From: Candidatus Moraniibacteriota bacterium
GTDB taxonomy: Bacteria > Patescibacteriota > Minisyncoccia > Moranbacterales > UBA2206
Reading direction: 5' to 3'
DNA length: 64,000 nt
NCBI GenBank assembly: GCA_013334765.1
Contig: JAAXWW010000003.1
Span: 49,354-113,353 of the forward strand
Each line of letters begins with the position of its first letter. Within the stretch, counting starts at the first letter, position 1. The notes under the pieces were generated by a model, which had not been told where the DNA came from, did no database searches, and saw only the letters and a program-made list of their open reading frames with translations. A program made the translations under genes and the position numbers. Positions 48,201 to 57,636 of this stretch are shown in pieces.

Positions 48201-50637
48201 CAGAAATAATAGACAAAGCTCCGGAACCGGCCAATGAGGCAACATTGGAAAGCGCACCGGAATTTATAACTAAACCATTGATCGTATCAGTTGAAGTTGC
48301 TCCAGAAATTGCTCCGCTTAAAGCGAGTGTTGTCACACCAGAAAGTGCTCCGGAATTTATAACCAAACTATTAATTGTATTTGATGAAGCCGGTGCGACA
48401 ATCGCATTGGAAAAAGTTTGTACGCCTGACCAAGTATTGGCATTGGCAAGATTAATTGATAATCCGGATGACCCGAGAGAAAGCGATGTGCCATCAAGAT
48501 TAATCATAAGCCCAGTTGAATCTTCAAGGCCGGAATTAGTTCCCAATTGAATCGCCGAACCGGAAACTTTATTGGCCGTCGCGATAGTGGCTAATTTACT
48601 GTCAGCAATTGAAGCCGAGCTGGAAATGTCCGAATTGGTTATCGTACCGTCATAAATTTTAGCGGAAGTAATGGCACTATTGGCAATAGTGAGAACTCCG
48701 GTGTTTCCAAGTGTCGCATCGCCGCTCATCGCCACCGCTGTCGCCGTACCCTCGGAATTGCCAACATAGAGATAGCCGGAAGCAAGGCTGGTTGTGAGCC
48801 CCGAAGACCAAATCACTCCATTGGATGTGCCATTGACTGTAAGAATTTTTCCGGCGTTACTGGTATAATCTGGCACATCAAGACTGGTGATACTTCCGTC
48901 GATAGCTAATTTTTCCGTGTCCAATTCATTAATTGCAGCCTGAACAGTAGTAGCAGCAATATTTCCACTCGCCGTATTGGTAATTTTAAGCGCCGTATAA
49001 TCCCCACTATCCGCCGTGATTACGCCGGTACGACCAAAAACCGAAGTGACATTATTGGAATTAGTGAGTTTTTCCCAAGAAGTTCCATTACAAATCGCCC
49101 AGTCTTTATTGCTGTATCCATTGGAAGCATCGGTTGTCGCTACCCAATAATGTCCATCAGTCCCAGAATCACAAGTTTCCGGCGTAGCTGTCGCTGAATT
49201 ATTCCAAGTTCCTTGATAATTAAGCGATCCCATAACTCCGGATAGGAAATCACTCCGACTTACCTTGAAAATGGCTGATCCGGACGTGTCATACATCGGA
49301 ATATAATCATCACTCGCTACCGCTGAAGTTCCGGTAAGACCATTGATATTCAAAGATAAAGTGAGTGCCGCCCCTTCCGATCCGGAAGATCCGCCGGTAA
49401 TTCCGGTTCCATTGGCGATAGAAGCCACATAGTTTCCAGAAGTATAAGTCCCAAGGGCAATATCACTTCCGTGCCAGACTCCCGTTCCGATTGTTCCGAG
49501 CGTGGTCAGATTAGTTGAACCAGCCCAAAGAGAAAGGGCTGTATTTTCCACATTTCCCAAACTCAAATCGGATTTCGTAAGCGTTCTATTGCTTGCAGAA
49601 GTGACTCTTCCCTTAGCATCAATCGTCAGTTGCGTAACACTGGCTCCGCTATTTCCATAAGTTCCGGCTGATACCCCGGAATTATCCAAAACAATCGCGT
49701 CGTATGTCCCAGAAACATCTCCGCCAAAATCGGTCGTAGTATAAAGACCATTGGTAACTGTTCCAGCATTGCCAGAAATATTTCCTGTTATTTTTGAGCC
49801 TGCTAAAGACGTAATCCAGCCCGGATTGGCGTATGATCCGTTCGTAAGGGCGAAATTATCATCATAACTGTCGGCAATTTTAAGTCCTGACGCCGAAGCG
49901 GTCAGGGTTACGCCATCCAAGTTCAATGAAAAAGTAGAACCTGACAAATCCAGACCGGATCCGGCGGAATAGCTCGCACCGCCGCCGTCATTGCCGCATT
50001 CCCATTCCCCGCTCGTCGCATTATATTTCGGAATCTGATCACTCGTACATGAATTTGATGCCCAATCGGAAAATGTAATTGTGCCATCAGTGATTTCAGA
50101 AGAATCGATCGATGAACCAAAGACTGAACTAGCATCCTCTCCGTCTTCCCCATCTTCCCCATCTTCCCCATCTTCTCCGTTTTTACCATCCGCTCCGGTT
50201 AATCCTTGCAATCCGCGTTCTCCTTGAATGCCTTGTGCTCCTGTTGCGCCAGTTTCCCCTGTCATTCCCCGCTCGCCTTCAATTCCCCGCGCGCCCATTT
50301 CCCCAGCTGCTCCACTCTCTCCTTCCTTTCCTTGCAAAATATCTTGCTCAGTAATAACCTTGCTCACCAGAACAATATTTCCTTGACCTTTGATAAATTC
50401 CAAAGCCCGTTTCTCAATTTCTTCATCCGCTTCCTTATCGGAAGAAACTAATTGTCCGATTTCACTTTGCAAACACTGGTCATTCCACCAAGAACTGACA
50501 GAACACCATAATTCCTGGATGAAAGATGCGTTTCCCTTTTCCGCCGCATCGACTGCATGCGGAAAAAATCCTACCAACAAAAAACAAGCGACAGAAATAA
50601 TGAAATTTTTTGTATGTTTGTTTTTTACCTCAAACAT
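45262..50637 (-). CDS. Giant fibre-like surface protein with collagen repeat and S74 intramolecular chaperone
   Basis: Signal peptide; G-X-Y run; Gly/Ser/Thr beta repeats; SDSRRKENI...LNPVTY...GFIAQDV S74 motif; Ser/Asp tail. Confidence 0.85.
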   Translation of the reverse strand: MFEVKNKHTKNFIISVACFLLVGFFPHAVDAAEKGNASFIQELWCSVSSWWNDQCLQSEIGQLVSSDKEADEEIEKRALEFIKGQGNIVLVSKVITEQDILQGKEGESGAAGEMGARGIEGERGMTGETGATGAQGIQGERGLQGLTGADGKNGEDGEDGEDGEDGEDASSVFGSSIDSSEITDGTITFSDWASNSCTSDQIPKYNATSGEWECGNDGGGASYSAGSGLDLSGSTFSLNLDGVTLTASASGLKIADSYDDNFALTNGSYANPGWITSLAGSKITGNISGNAGTVTNGLYTTTDFGGDVSGTYDAIVLDNSGVSAGTYGNSGASVTQLTIDAKGRVTSASNRTLTKSDLSLGNVENTALSLWAGSTNLTTLGTIGTGVWHGSDIALGTYTSGNYVASIANGTGITGGSSGSEGAALTLSLNINGLTGTSAVASDDYIPMYDTSGSAIFKVSRSDFLSGVMGSLNYQGTWNNSATATPETCDSGTDGHYWVATTDASNGYSNKDWAICNGTSWEKLTNSNNVTSVFGRTGVITADSGDYTALKITNTASGNIAATTVQAAINELDTEKLAIDGSITSLDVPDYTSNAGKILTVNGTSNGVIWSSGLTTSLASGYLYVGNSEGTATAVAMSGDATLGNTGVLTIANSAITSAKIYDGTITNSDISSSASIADSKLATIATANKVSGSAIQLGTNSGLEDSTGLMINLDGTSLSLGSSGLSINLANANTWSGVQTFSNAIVAPASSNTINSLVINSGALSGVTTLALSGAISGATSTDTINGLVINSGALSNVASLAGSGALSIISGGTGTIALDSNSTGAVNIATGTAGKTVNIATDNTTADTINIGSALDTVTLKGNIVLDGNVTVNGNILPGTTNTYNLGSSSKQWNEIYASNNTIYIGGVALSNDSGTLKWNGSAIGGSSTSALSVMTLGSGGGILSDWNYLIKASAFNTASSIVLPTAVGNDGKEIEIVKTDASTNPVMVEPYSGEKINVSTDSIILDSQYESVTIRSDGSNSWIIADNRGDTASNSYDFYQARASTSQSSLSAGTTVAFNSSLATHQGSDISFSSSNNTFTLAAGKSYRLSGNVGYAGFSGTSGYMRWQWYNATSSSYIGEMGQIDGGSNASNSAPVADNAVAVITPTVDTQVRLVLLSGNQYSFIGQSGSGPYPSAYIENIGYDSTGGSITMDALAAAIDTNAIDNTNYAQTWNWSTATTQTGLTMTGNALTTGGLLSLTSSSASLNSTNGLLYVANTGAATNGIIARIASNSTAGSGLTVLANGNVGVGTTSPSYGLDIRAAGATTMRVMGNDASDTNFVIQAGNASYSPQLIFKNSSGASRWHIISSSGDSDKLKIRDYGDDTGVYLAQDSTSWTATSDSRRKENISSLDSETLKKVLELNPVTYNIIGSSRTELGFIAQDVLSLFPDLVDIPDDPDACDISTGDNCYGLTYDRFGVIAIKAIQDQQGEIEANINEITVLDLRTQNIVSSEDGKTVFKGTVVADTIQANRIEGLDFVSGSQLSDVDAQLVAQGQALNDISEQLALLQAKITGTELSLKLKDLQVSGGVTFKSSVEFQGPAVFKKLAEFIDKVVFKNDVEFAGNVTADKIVTFNSDTAGFAIIESDDTGVEVKFEKEYANAPIVTITPNNFISTQYKVKNVTSKGFEIMIKEKEDDDVNFSWTAISVKSAKTTSSDGSNNSEDSSGDDSDVPSSVDSNVPNSSGAVTTTATGTDSDDSSSSAGSGSTDTSGNSSSDSDSGSTDSASDSSESGSASSDSSSSADTQAN

Positions 50638-50656
50638 TCCGATGTTTTTAATTTTA

Positions 50657-51010
50657 TTATTCTTTTTTGATGTTTATGATACTTTCGGTTTCCGGACGGT
50701 AGAGAGCCGCCAAACGCTCATCCGTTGTCTGATTTTCAAAATAGTACACTCGATCATTTTTTTCTGCAGCAGCAAAAAAATCCTGGTTAACCTTTATATC
50801 GTTCACGTCTTTGATATCCACAACAGCATATGGCAAGCTTTTAACGTTATAATTTTGGGAATTCAAAATTGCGACCACTTTTTCATTTTCTGCGTTCAAT
50901 CTATTTTTCGCAGACGACACTTTGCTCAGATAGTGAATATAATTCAAAAATCCGAGACCGATCAATATTCCGATAATAATAACTACACTATTCCTGTTTA
51001 TTTTTTTCAT
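50657..51010 (-). CDS. Membrane-anchored hypothetical protein (paralogue of 44756-45223)
   Basis: One TM; QDFFAAAEKNDRV...ALYRPETESII. Confidence 0.7.
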   Translation of the reverse strand: MKKINRNSVVIIIGILIGLGFLNYIHYLSKVSSAKNRLNAENEKVVAILNSQNYNVKSLPYAVVDIKDVNDIKVNQDFFAAAEKNDRVYYFENQTTDERLAALYRPETESIINIKKE

Positions 51011-51125
51011 GACTTTTACGGGAATAAAAAATCCCAAATCAAAAATGATCCGGGTCTTCAAGAACCTCCATTAAGTGATTGAATTATAACACGAAAAGAT
51101 TTTAAGGCAATACTGCTCTGTACTA

Positions 51126-51959
51126 TTATTTATCCACAGGCAATTTTCTCAGCCAATGCATATTTCGGAACCCGATAAAATTTCCAGCATCATCGTAAAA
51201 CGGCGTACAGTAAACCTCCTGTTCAAAAAATTCCCCGTTTTTTCCACTCACTTTATATCCAGGAACTATTCTATATGCCCTTTTCTTAGCTCGAAGCATT
51301 CTGTAATTTTTCAAATGCCAATCTTTTTCCTCGTCGAATACCAAGTCATCCACTTTCATCCCCACCAGATCTTCCGGATTTAACCCAGTGATATCTTTCA
51401 AATTCTTATCAAGATACAAAATGGTGCCATTCTCATCTGTTTCCGTAACAACATCGCAAAAATTAGCAGAATCGAATTTGGCTTCATCCAATAACTTCTT
51501 ATCGATTTCGGGAATAATATCAACGATCCTCAGAAACAATTCTCCTCCGTTGACCAATAGATGGCGATAAATGATGGAAACAGGGACGATTTCTCCGTTT
51601 CGTTTCCGACAAGACGCATCCAATCGCAGATATCTTATGCCATTAATCTTATTTATAAAAAATTCGTCAGTTTTAGCAATTGAGTCATCCGAAAATATTC
51701 TTCGTATATTTTCCTCAATCAATTCTCCGGCAGAAAATCCCAGGGCCGATTCTACTGAACTGCTAATATTTACGATTTTCCCCTTCTTGGTGGTCAGGAA
51801 ACTAACGCGATTTGGATTATGCGTGATACTCATGCCATCAATAAAATTCAGCTTATTGCACCGAGGACATTTAGCTTCCAAAAACGACCGGAAAACCAAT
51901 CCTCTAAAGAGAAGTTTTCCGCAACTGCATCGATAGTCGATCTGCACTGATGATTCCAT
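51126..51959 (-). CDS. Com-like zinc ribbon plus tandem PAS domain protein
   Basis: YRCSCGKLL...KCPRCNKLN followed by two PAS repeats (LGFSAGELI; TGLNPEDLVG). Confidence 0.75.
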   Translation of the reverse strand: MESSVQIDYRCSCGKLLFRGLVFRSFLEAKCPRCNKLNFIDGMSITHNPNRVSFLTTKKGKIVNISSSVESALGFSAGELIEENIRRIFSDDSIAKTDEFFINKINGIRYLRLDASCRKRNGEIVPVSIIYRHLLVNGGELFLRIVDIIPEIDKKLLDEAKFDSANFCDVVTETDENGTILYLDKNLKDITGLNPEDLVGMKVDDLVFDEEKDWHLKNYRMLRAKKRAYRIVPGYKVSGKNGEFFEQEVYCTPFYDDAGNFIGFRNMHWLRKLPVDK

Positions 51960-52220
51960 AAAGCTAAAAAATTTATTGCTATTATAGCACAATCAGCCCG
52001 CAGCAATCGATAAATAGAACAGCAAGACAAAATATCTTCTTGTTTGATTCTCATCCTTCAAGCCATTGAACGCCCCATATATATCTTTGGGAAAACAAAC
52101 GGTTCCCTTTCTGGGATTGGCGAGTTACATGCTTAGATTGAAAACGAAGGATGCAGCAAAAATGCTTAAAAAATATGCCCAGGAAACGAGTTCGTTCCAG
52201 GGAAAACAGAATATGGCAAC

Positions 52221-52245
52221 AAAAAAACACCCATCCAATGAGTGC
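52221..52245 (-). terminator. Intrinsic terminator (family shared with ~58441 and ~61926)
   Basis: GCACTCA-N5-TGGGTGT plus T-run. Confidence 0.75.
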
Positions 52246-52257
52246 CTTGATTTCTTA

Positions 52258-52507
52258 CAACAAGTTCGTAATTCTTTGTGATTAGTCCTGAGAATATAGA
52301 ATCGTATGCGTGAGCTGTACAAAACCCACGACTGCCTCCGCCGGTTGGCGGATTATTTGGCTCGGCTTGCCTTTGCTGTTCCCTGATTGCTCAGGGTACG
52401 ACCAGCGGGCGATATCGATATTCCTCCGCCACTTGCCACTTAAGGCAAACGGCGTTTCGTGAGTAATATTCTACGATATCACCATATCTCCCTAGAAAGG
52501 AGGTGAT
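52258..52507 (-). repeat. Orphan diverged copy of the 16S 3' end (anti-SD) plus structured trailer
   Basis: Homologous to 62234-62473: identical blocks of 72, ~31, ~50 and 23 nt separated by covarying hairpins. Confidence 0.95.
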
Positions 52508-52519
52508 TCGTGGGAGGAA

Positions 52520-53851
52520 TCAGAGTTTTATCCCAAATTTACTGCAAAGAGCGTCCATATCCTCGTGGTCACTATCCTTGAGTTTACGCTTTGTTCCATC
52601 GTGGGTCTTTACCAATTGTTCTGGACTTACACATCTCACTGTCTGCCCATCAATAATTCCTGAGCCTGTAAGCGAATTGCTTGAATAGCCATCCCAGTAT
52701 TCCTCCGCTATAACACTGCCCTTATCGTCAAGGCTAAAAGCGTGGATATCCAATTCGTGACCCTTGTCATCGCCCATAACCAAGTCCCACATCTTGTCTT
52801 CATCCCTTTTTATCTCATTATATCCCTTCGACTCCAGATATTCCCTCAGCTTTGTTAAGTTTTTGCGCTCAACGGCAACATCCAAATCCTCGTGACTTCT
52901 GGTTTGCTCGCCAAGAAGAGCATCTACTGCCCAGCCACCATCAATCCATATTTTAATACCCAAGTCTTCCAGCTTGGCGTATAAATCAATAACATCCTTA
53001 TCCTGCATCTCCTTTTTTACGATTTCCATCATTAGGCTTCCGCTTAGCACCCATTCTCCATTATGGAAAACTGTCCTGTCATTTGGCACTACTTTCACTT
53101 TCCTAAATCCAGCCTTCTCGTAGAGCTTTATCGCACCTTGATGAAATTCACTGGTCTCAAGCACGACCTTCTTCATTTCCAGCCTATTAAAAGCATAGCC
53201 TAGTATCAACCTTGTGACCTCCAATCCTATGCTTTTACCCCAGTAATTCTTATCTAAAATAAAGATGTTAAACTCGCATTGTTCTTTTCCCTGAAAACTA
53301 CAGAGCGAAGTATAGCCAATAAACTTATCGTCATTCGTATAAATTCTCCAAAATATCTCATCCTTTTCTTTAACCAGAAAGTTTTTAATATCCTTAGTTG
53401 TTCTAAAACCTACCATTCTTTTAGCGGAATACAGATATCCAATTATTTCCAAATCAGTGAGCCACGCCAAAAGCTGAGGATAATTTTCCTTTAAGAAATT
53501 CTTTTTCAAATTAACTTGGTTTCCTTGTAGAATCATACCATTCGCCATCCTTACTAATTCCCAATATTTTTTCTCACCAATTTCATTTTTAAATTCGGTG
53601 AGTTTAGCATCTTCAACCAGATGTTTAACAAAATCAATCTTTTTGTCTTCAGGTACAGCTTCGTGTTCTTTTTCAAGTTTGTTATACAGGTCTTCATCTG
53701 CCTTTGGAATCGGCTTGTATACAGCTCTAATCATATTTACCAAATGATTAGCAGCTTCATAAGCGACAAAATCATTCAGTTCCTCATCATACTGTTCCTT
53801 ATATAATTTTTTGAATTTTTCAATATCTTCTTTTGTGAGTGACATAGACAA
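52520..53851 (-). CDS. Fusion: small helical domain + RimJ/RimL GNAT + lincosamide/aminoglycoside nucleotidyltransferase-like domain
   Basis: YWGKSIG...AIKLYEKAGF (GNAT); WIDGGWAVDALLGEQTRSHEDLD (Lnu/ANT(2'')-like). Confidence 0.8.
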   Translation of the reverse strand: MSMSLTKEDIEKFKKLYKEQYDEELNDFVAYEAANHLVNMIRAVYKPIPKADEDLYNKLEKEHEAVPEDKKIDFVKHLVEDAKLTEFKNEIGEKKYWELVRMANGMILQGNQVNLKKNFLKENYPQLLAWLTDLEIIGYLYSAKRMVGFRTTKDIKNFLVKEKDEIFWRIYTNDDKFIGYTSLCSFQGKEQCEFNIFILDKNYWGKSIGLEVTRLILGYAFNRLEMKKVVLETSEFHQGAIKLYEKAGFRKVKVVPNDRTVFHNGEWVLSGSLMMEIVKKEMQDKDVIDLYAKLEDLGIKIWIDGGWAVDALLGEQTRSHEDLDVAVERKNLTKLREYLESKGYNEIKRDEDKMWDLVMGDDKGHELDIHAFSLDDKGSVIAEEYWDGYSSNSLTGSGIIDGQTVRCVSPEQLVKTHDGTKRKLKDSDHEDMDALCSKFGIKL

Positions 53852-53854
53852 GTT

Positions 53855-54427
53855 TTATAAGTCAGCCAACTTTTCAATACTTTGAATAACATCAGGCAAC
53901 TCCAGACAAGAGTCTTCACCCTCTATTGCACCAGAGAAATGTTTAGCGTTATGTTTTATTATAACCCCTGCTCCTAGTTTTTCTTTAAACAAGTCAGCAT
54001 ATTTCAAATCTACGTAAGGGTCATCATCTGAATGAATTACTACAAAACCGTTCTTAACTTTGCTTTTGATTTTATCCAAATCAACAGGCGTTTCAAAAAA
54101 AGTCTTGATTTCGTCATAACCGACATTTTCCGTAAATCCTGCTACAAATACGACTCCGCCAATTTTTCGATTATCATCTAGGCCTTCCAGATATCGCATA
54201 ATGGTTATACAACCCAGGCTATGCCCAATCAAATACAAATCTTCATCTGGTTCTTCCACTATTTCTTTCAACATCGGCAGCCATTCATTCAGTTTTGGTT
54301 TTTCAGTATTGGGAAAAGCAGGAACTTCGACTTTAAATCCCTTAGCTTCCAATTCTTTTTTAACCCAAGGATACCAGCAATATTCTGGATAACCCTCCCA
54401 GCAATGGATAACAATGGCTCGTTTCAT
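53855..54427 (-). CDS. RBBP9/YdeN alpha/beta hydrolase
   Basis: WYPW, GHSLG, HSDDDPYV, KHF. Confidence 0.9.
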   Translation of the reverse strand: MKRAIVIHCWEGYPEYCWYPWVKKELEAKGFKVEVPAFPNTEKPKLNEWLPMLKEIVEEPDEDLYLIGHSLGCITIMRYLEGLDDNRKIGGVVFVAGFTENVGYDEIKTFFETPVDLDKIKSKVKNGFVVIHSDDDPYVDLKYADLFKEKLGAGVIIKHNAKHFSGAIEGEDSCLELPDVIQSIEKLADL

Positions 54428-54442
54428 AAGTTTATAAATTAA

Positions 54443-54745
54443 TTATTCCTTTGGTTTACCCCACTGCCAGCCTGGTTTCTCTCCTTTCTTATAGGCAACA
54501 ATGATGAGAAGGATGGTCAATACAATGATTGGCAGCGCGAATGTCAAGAAATTACTTCCTGAATCGGGATTTCCTGGGATATCCTCTTCCCTGGCAAGCG
54601 CGAGACTCAGGATGAGCAAGACGTAGAGAAATATGACGCACCACCCCTGCCATTTCGCTGGCGTCCATCCCCAGCCGTAGAGTTTCCGCTTGAACCAATA
54701 GCCTTTCGGATTGTCTTTTAAGTATTCGACGTATTCTTTGATCAT
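54443..54745 (-). CDS. Small membrane protein
   Basis: YWFKRKLYGWGWTPAKWQGW, two TMs, GEKPGWQWG. Confidence 0.75.
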   Translation of the reverse strand: MIKEYVEYLKDNPKGYWFKRKLYGWGWTPAKWQGWCVIFLYVLLILSLALAREEDIPGNPDSGSNFLTFALPIIVLTILLIIVAYKKGEKPGWQWGKPKE

Positions 54746-54797
54746 TTCCTTGTTCCAATCTTATCGAAACATTCAAATTATTTTATTCACTATCAAA

Positions 54798-55301
54798 TCA
54801 ATTACCTAACCTTCTGCACTCTTCCAACCACTTATTAAAGGCTTTATAAAATTCTCCGTTCTTTTTCAAATCATCCCTGATAACTTCAATATTCTCATTA
54901 GTCATTATCTCGTGACTTTTCTCATCAGAAAGAAGATCCATTATTGGAACGGCAATCTCCGTGTCGTTTTCCCCGTCCCATTCATTGACATGAAAAACGC
55001 CAGAAAGCCCACTATCCCATGTCGCATCGATATTTTTCCATTCTCCGTCAATCTTCATTTCGAGATAAACATGCGTGCTATTGTCATCATGCTGAGCCTC
55101 ACATACGCCTTTAGGCAGTTTCAGATCGCTCCATCTGAAACTGCAAACCCGATACCTGCACTCGTATCCAAGATTCTCAAACGCTTTCTTCAGTAGCATA
55201 TGCTTTCCACTGCAACAGCAATCATTTTCGCCAAGCGAGACTGGTATTTTGTATGGTATATCCCTGACCTGATTGAAAGCATTGACCAATTTATTTTTCA
55301 T
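54798..55301 (-). CDS. Transglutaminase-like protein
   Basis: VRDIPY, CSGKH, HVYL, IDATWD (Cys-His-Asp triad). Confidence 0.8.
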   Translation of the reverse strand: MKNKLVNAFNQVRDIPYKIPVSLGENDCCCSGKHMLLKKAFENLGYECRYRVCSFRWSDLKLPKGVCEAQHDDNSTHVYLEMKIDGEWKNIDATWDSGLSGVFHVNEWDGENDTEIAVPIMDLLSDEKSHEIMTNENIEVIRDDLKKNGEFYKAFNKWLEECRRLGN

Positions 55302-55304
55302 AGG

Positions 55305-56333
55305 CTATAGTTTCCTGATTATCACATCTTTCAAATATTGATTCATGAAATCAGTTTTTTCGCCTATTTTAGCTTTGCCATCCGAAACGAACCTCGCCGA
55401 AAGAGGCTTCTTGTATTTGTTGGATAATCCTTGGATGGTCTTGAGGATGTCAACCACTTTGCCCAGTTCCTCATCAACGCCGATAGGATAAGTGTCGATA
55501 CCGAGTCCTGAATGAAGCGACAGGAAAATGTTCCGTTCAATCGAAAAATTTCCTTTCTCATATTCCTGAGCCAGCTCGAAATCCTCAAGGCACGGGAACA
55601 TCAGTCCGCAAAGACCGATAGGCTTCGGATTGCTCTCTTTGATGAATTTGGTTATTCTCATGTATACATCGCTGACAACGGAATCATTAAAGCTTGGCCT
55701 CATTGCCTTGATGAAATTTATAAGACTGCTCTTCCCTTCGAATAGTGGGGCGATCGACGAATCGATTCCTAGATAATCCTTGTCCTGACCGAATAATCCG
55801 TCAATTTCATCCCAAATATCCTTCATTCTATTGAACCATTCTTCCAGCGAATTGCAGCCGTCTGCCAAATCATTAGGTTGGAGTCCGATTGAGAATCCTT
55901 CCTTTTCATAAGTTGCCGACGGGAAATACGGGCTTGATGGAGAATCGTTGAATACGTAGGAGAATTGGAATGTCCTCGCTGAATTTCCCTTTATTATCTC
56001 AAAAAGTAGCTCAGCATGTTCCGTGTTTATCTCCTCTGATGTCAAATCAACATTGAATGATATGCCTTTCTCAGCTCCCAAAAAATGACCCATCTGCTTC
56101 TTAGCTTCATCCATAGGAATCGTCCCGATATTCAGGAGAATCGATTCGTCCTTGACGGATTGTCCCAAATCTTGGAATGTTTTTCCGTTTGAGCAGATTC
56201 TTTTGGTTTGGATTTCAAAACCTCTGTCTTTTAAAACGTTTTCGATCTCGCCAAGCCGCCTCAGCGTCTCCTCGCTAGGATCATGAGAAAAACAGCAGAT
56301 TGTCCTGATAATCTTATTGCCCATATATTCCAT
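55305..56333 (-). CDS. DUF711-family protein
   Basis: SPYFP, GIDSSIAP, GLCGLM.P.LED..LA, GIDTYP, KPLSAR. Confidence 0.75.
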   Translation of the reverse strand: MEYMGNKIIRTICCFSHDPSEETLRRLGEIENVLKDRGFEIQTKRICSNGKTFQDLGQSVKDESILLNIGTIPMDEAKKQMGHFLGAEKGISFNVDLTSEEINTEHAELLFEIIKGNSARTFQFSYVFNDSPSSPYFPSATYEKEGFSIGLQPNDLADGCNSLEEWFNRMKDIWDEIDGLFGQDKDYLGIDSSIAPLFEGKSSLINFIKAMRPSFNDSVVSDVYMRITKFIKESNPKPIGLCGLMFPCLEDFELAQEYEKGNFSIERNIFLSLHSGLGIDTYPIGVDEELGKVVDILKTIQGLSNKYKKPLSARFVSDGKAKIGEKTDFMNQYLKDVIIRKL

Positions 56334-56374
56334 TTTACTTAAAAATTACCGCATATCCCACCGGGACTTAATTC

Positions 56375-57433
56375 CTATCCGAAATAATTCTCCACAGCAA
56401 ACTCGAACTGTCTCAAAAACAGCTCTTTGAAATACGAAATATTGTTCTGCTCATAAAACAGCAAGACCGCTTTCTTATATTCACCCTCATCCATGCTTCG
56501 ATAAGAAAGAGGGCAAGAATCGAAAGATTGCAGGATCGCATTCCCGCTTAGCCGGCTGGTGCGCTTGTTGCCATCCACGAACGGCTGGATATAGGCAATA
56601 AGCAGCATCAGGATGACCGCTTTTTCGAAAGCGTCCTGCTTTTCATTCACAACCTTGCAAGCTTTTTCCAAGGCTTCTCTGATCTGGAACTCATTATCCA
56701 ACGGCTTATAATTCGTTCCGGTTATTCCCACTAAAGTTTTTCGCAAATTTTTCGTGACATTCAAACCGTCAACTAACATGGAATGAATGTTTTCTATTTT
56801 AGAAACGGATACGGATTGAAATTCATTCTTGTTGCTGCCGATATATTCCAAGGCTTTCTTGTGGTTGAGAATCATAGCGGCTTCTTCTTTGGAATGGCCG
56901 TCTGCTTCCTTTTGGTTCTTGATCAGCTGTTCCGTTTCCAAAAGGCTATAGGTATTCCCTTCTATTTTTGAAGATTTCCAACTGAAATCGATGTTCAATC
57001 TTTCGATTTCTTTCTTGAGCGCGTCAGGAGAAACATCCTTGATTTTATGCCTATAGGTTTCATTCAAATCAGAGAGCTTGTTTTTTTCAACTTCAGTGAA
57101 GATATCCTTCAGTTGTTCGAAAATATCGAAATTGAATTTCTCTTTCACTTCCCGCTGGTCGACATCATTGGCAAAATACTTCTCAACATCGATCTTTTTT
57201 ATAATCGGATATCTGGAAGAAAGTTTGTAGGTGACAGCTCGTCCGGCGGTACCTTGCCTTTCTATCAGGCCCAGCCCCAGCATTTTTTCCAAATCCCTAG
57301 AGATGGTCATCCTAGTCACCTTGCCCAGTTCTTTTTCTATATGCTCGATTATCTGACCGCCAGAAACAGTCCCTTTTTCTTCAATAAAAGAGAGGGTTAT
57401 TTCCTGCCTTCTGTTTAGCTTTTCAGTTTTCAT
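56375..57433 (-). CDS. HTH-Fic family protein
   Basis: N-terminal wHTH; SSKIEGN; variant Fic motif QPFVDGNKRTSR. Confidence 0.9.
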   Translation of the reverse strand: MKTEKLNRRQEITLSFIEEKGTVSGGQIIEHIEKELGKVTRMTISRDLEKMLGLGLIERQGTAGRAVTYKLSSRYPIIKKIDVEKYFANDVDQREVKEKFNFDIFEQLKDIFTEVEKNKLSDLNETYRHKIKDVSPDALKKEIERLNIDFSWKSSKIEGNTYSLLETEQLIKNQKEADGHSKEEAAMILNHKKALEYIGSNKNEFQSVSVSKIENIHSMLVDGLNVTKNLRKTLVGITGTNYKPLDNEFQIREALEKACKVVNEKQDAFEKAVILMLLIAYIQPFVDGNKRTSRLSGNAILQSFDSCPLSYRSMDEGEYKKAVLLFYEQNNISYFKELFLRQFEFAVENYFG

Positions 57434-57462
57434 ACGAATATAATAGTAACATTTTTATGCCT

Positions 57463-57488
57463 TAAATGTAACATTTGTGTTACATTTA
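57463..57488. promoter_or_regulatory. 11-4-11 inverted repeat (putative Fic autoregulatory operator)
   Basis: TAAATGTAACA-TTTG-TGTTACATTTA; extra GTAACATT half-sites at ~57446 and ~57544. Confidence 0.65.
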
Positions 57489-57636
57489 GTCAATCAAGCC
57501 ATTTATTTTTACATTGAAATGGCTGATATGAACCATTTTATTGTAACATTTTATCCTTATATTCCGACTATATGAGATCAATCCCCATTTCATGCACTTG
57601 TTCCGCCTCGTCATTGCTTAAGACACCAAGATATGT

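Noticed and set aside
50130-50180. 9-bp tandem repeats (TCTTCCCCA)
   Set aside because: They encode the GED collagen-like triplets of the fibre; not CRISPR or a separate element
45262-50637. Prophage tail-fibre gene
   Set aside because: Has a signal peptide and no phage structural, packaging or integrase genes nearby; better read as a cellular surface fibre
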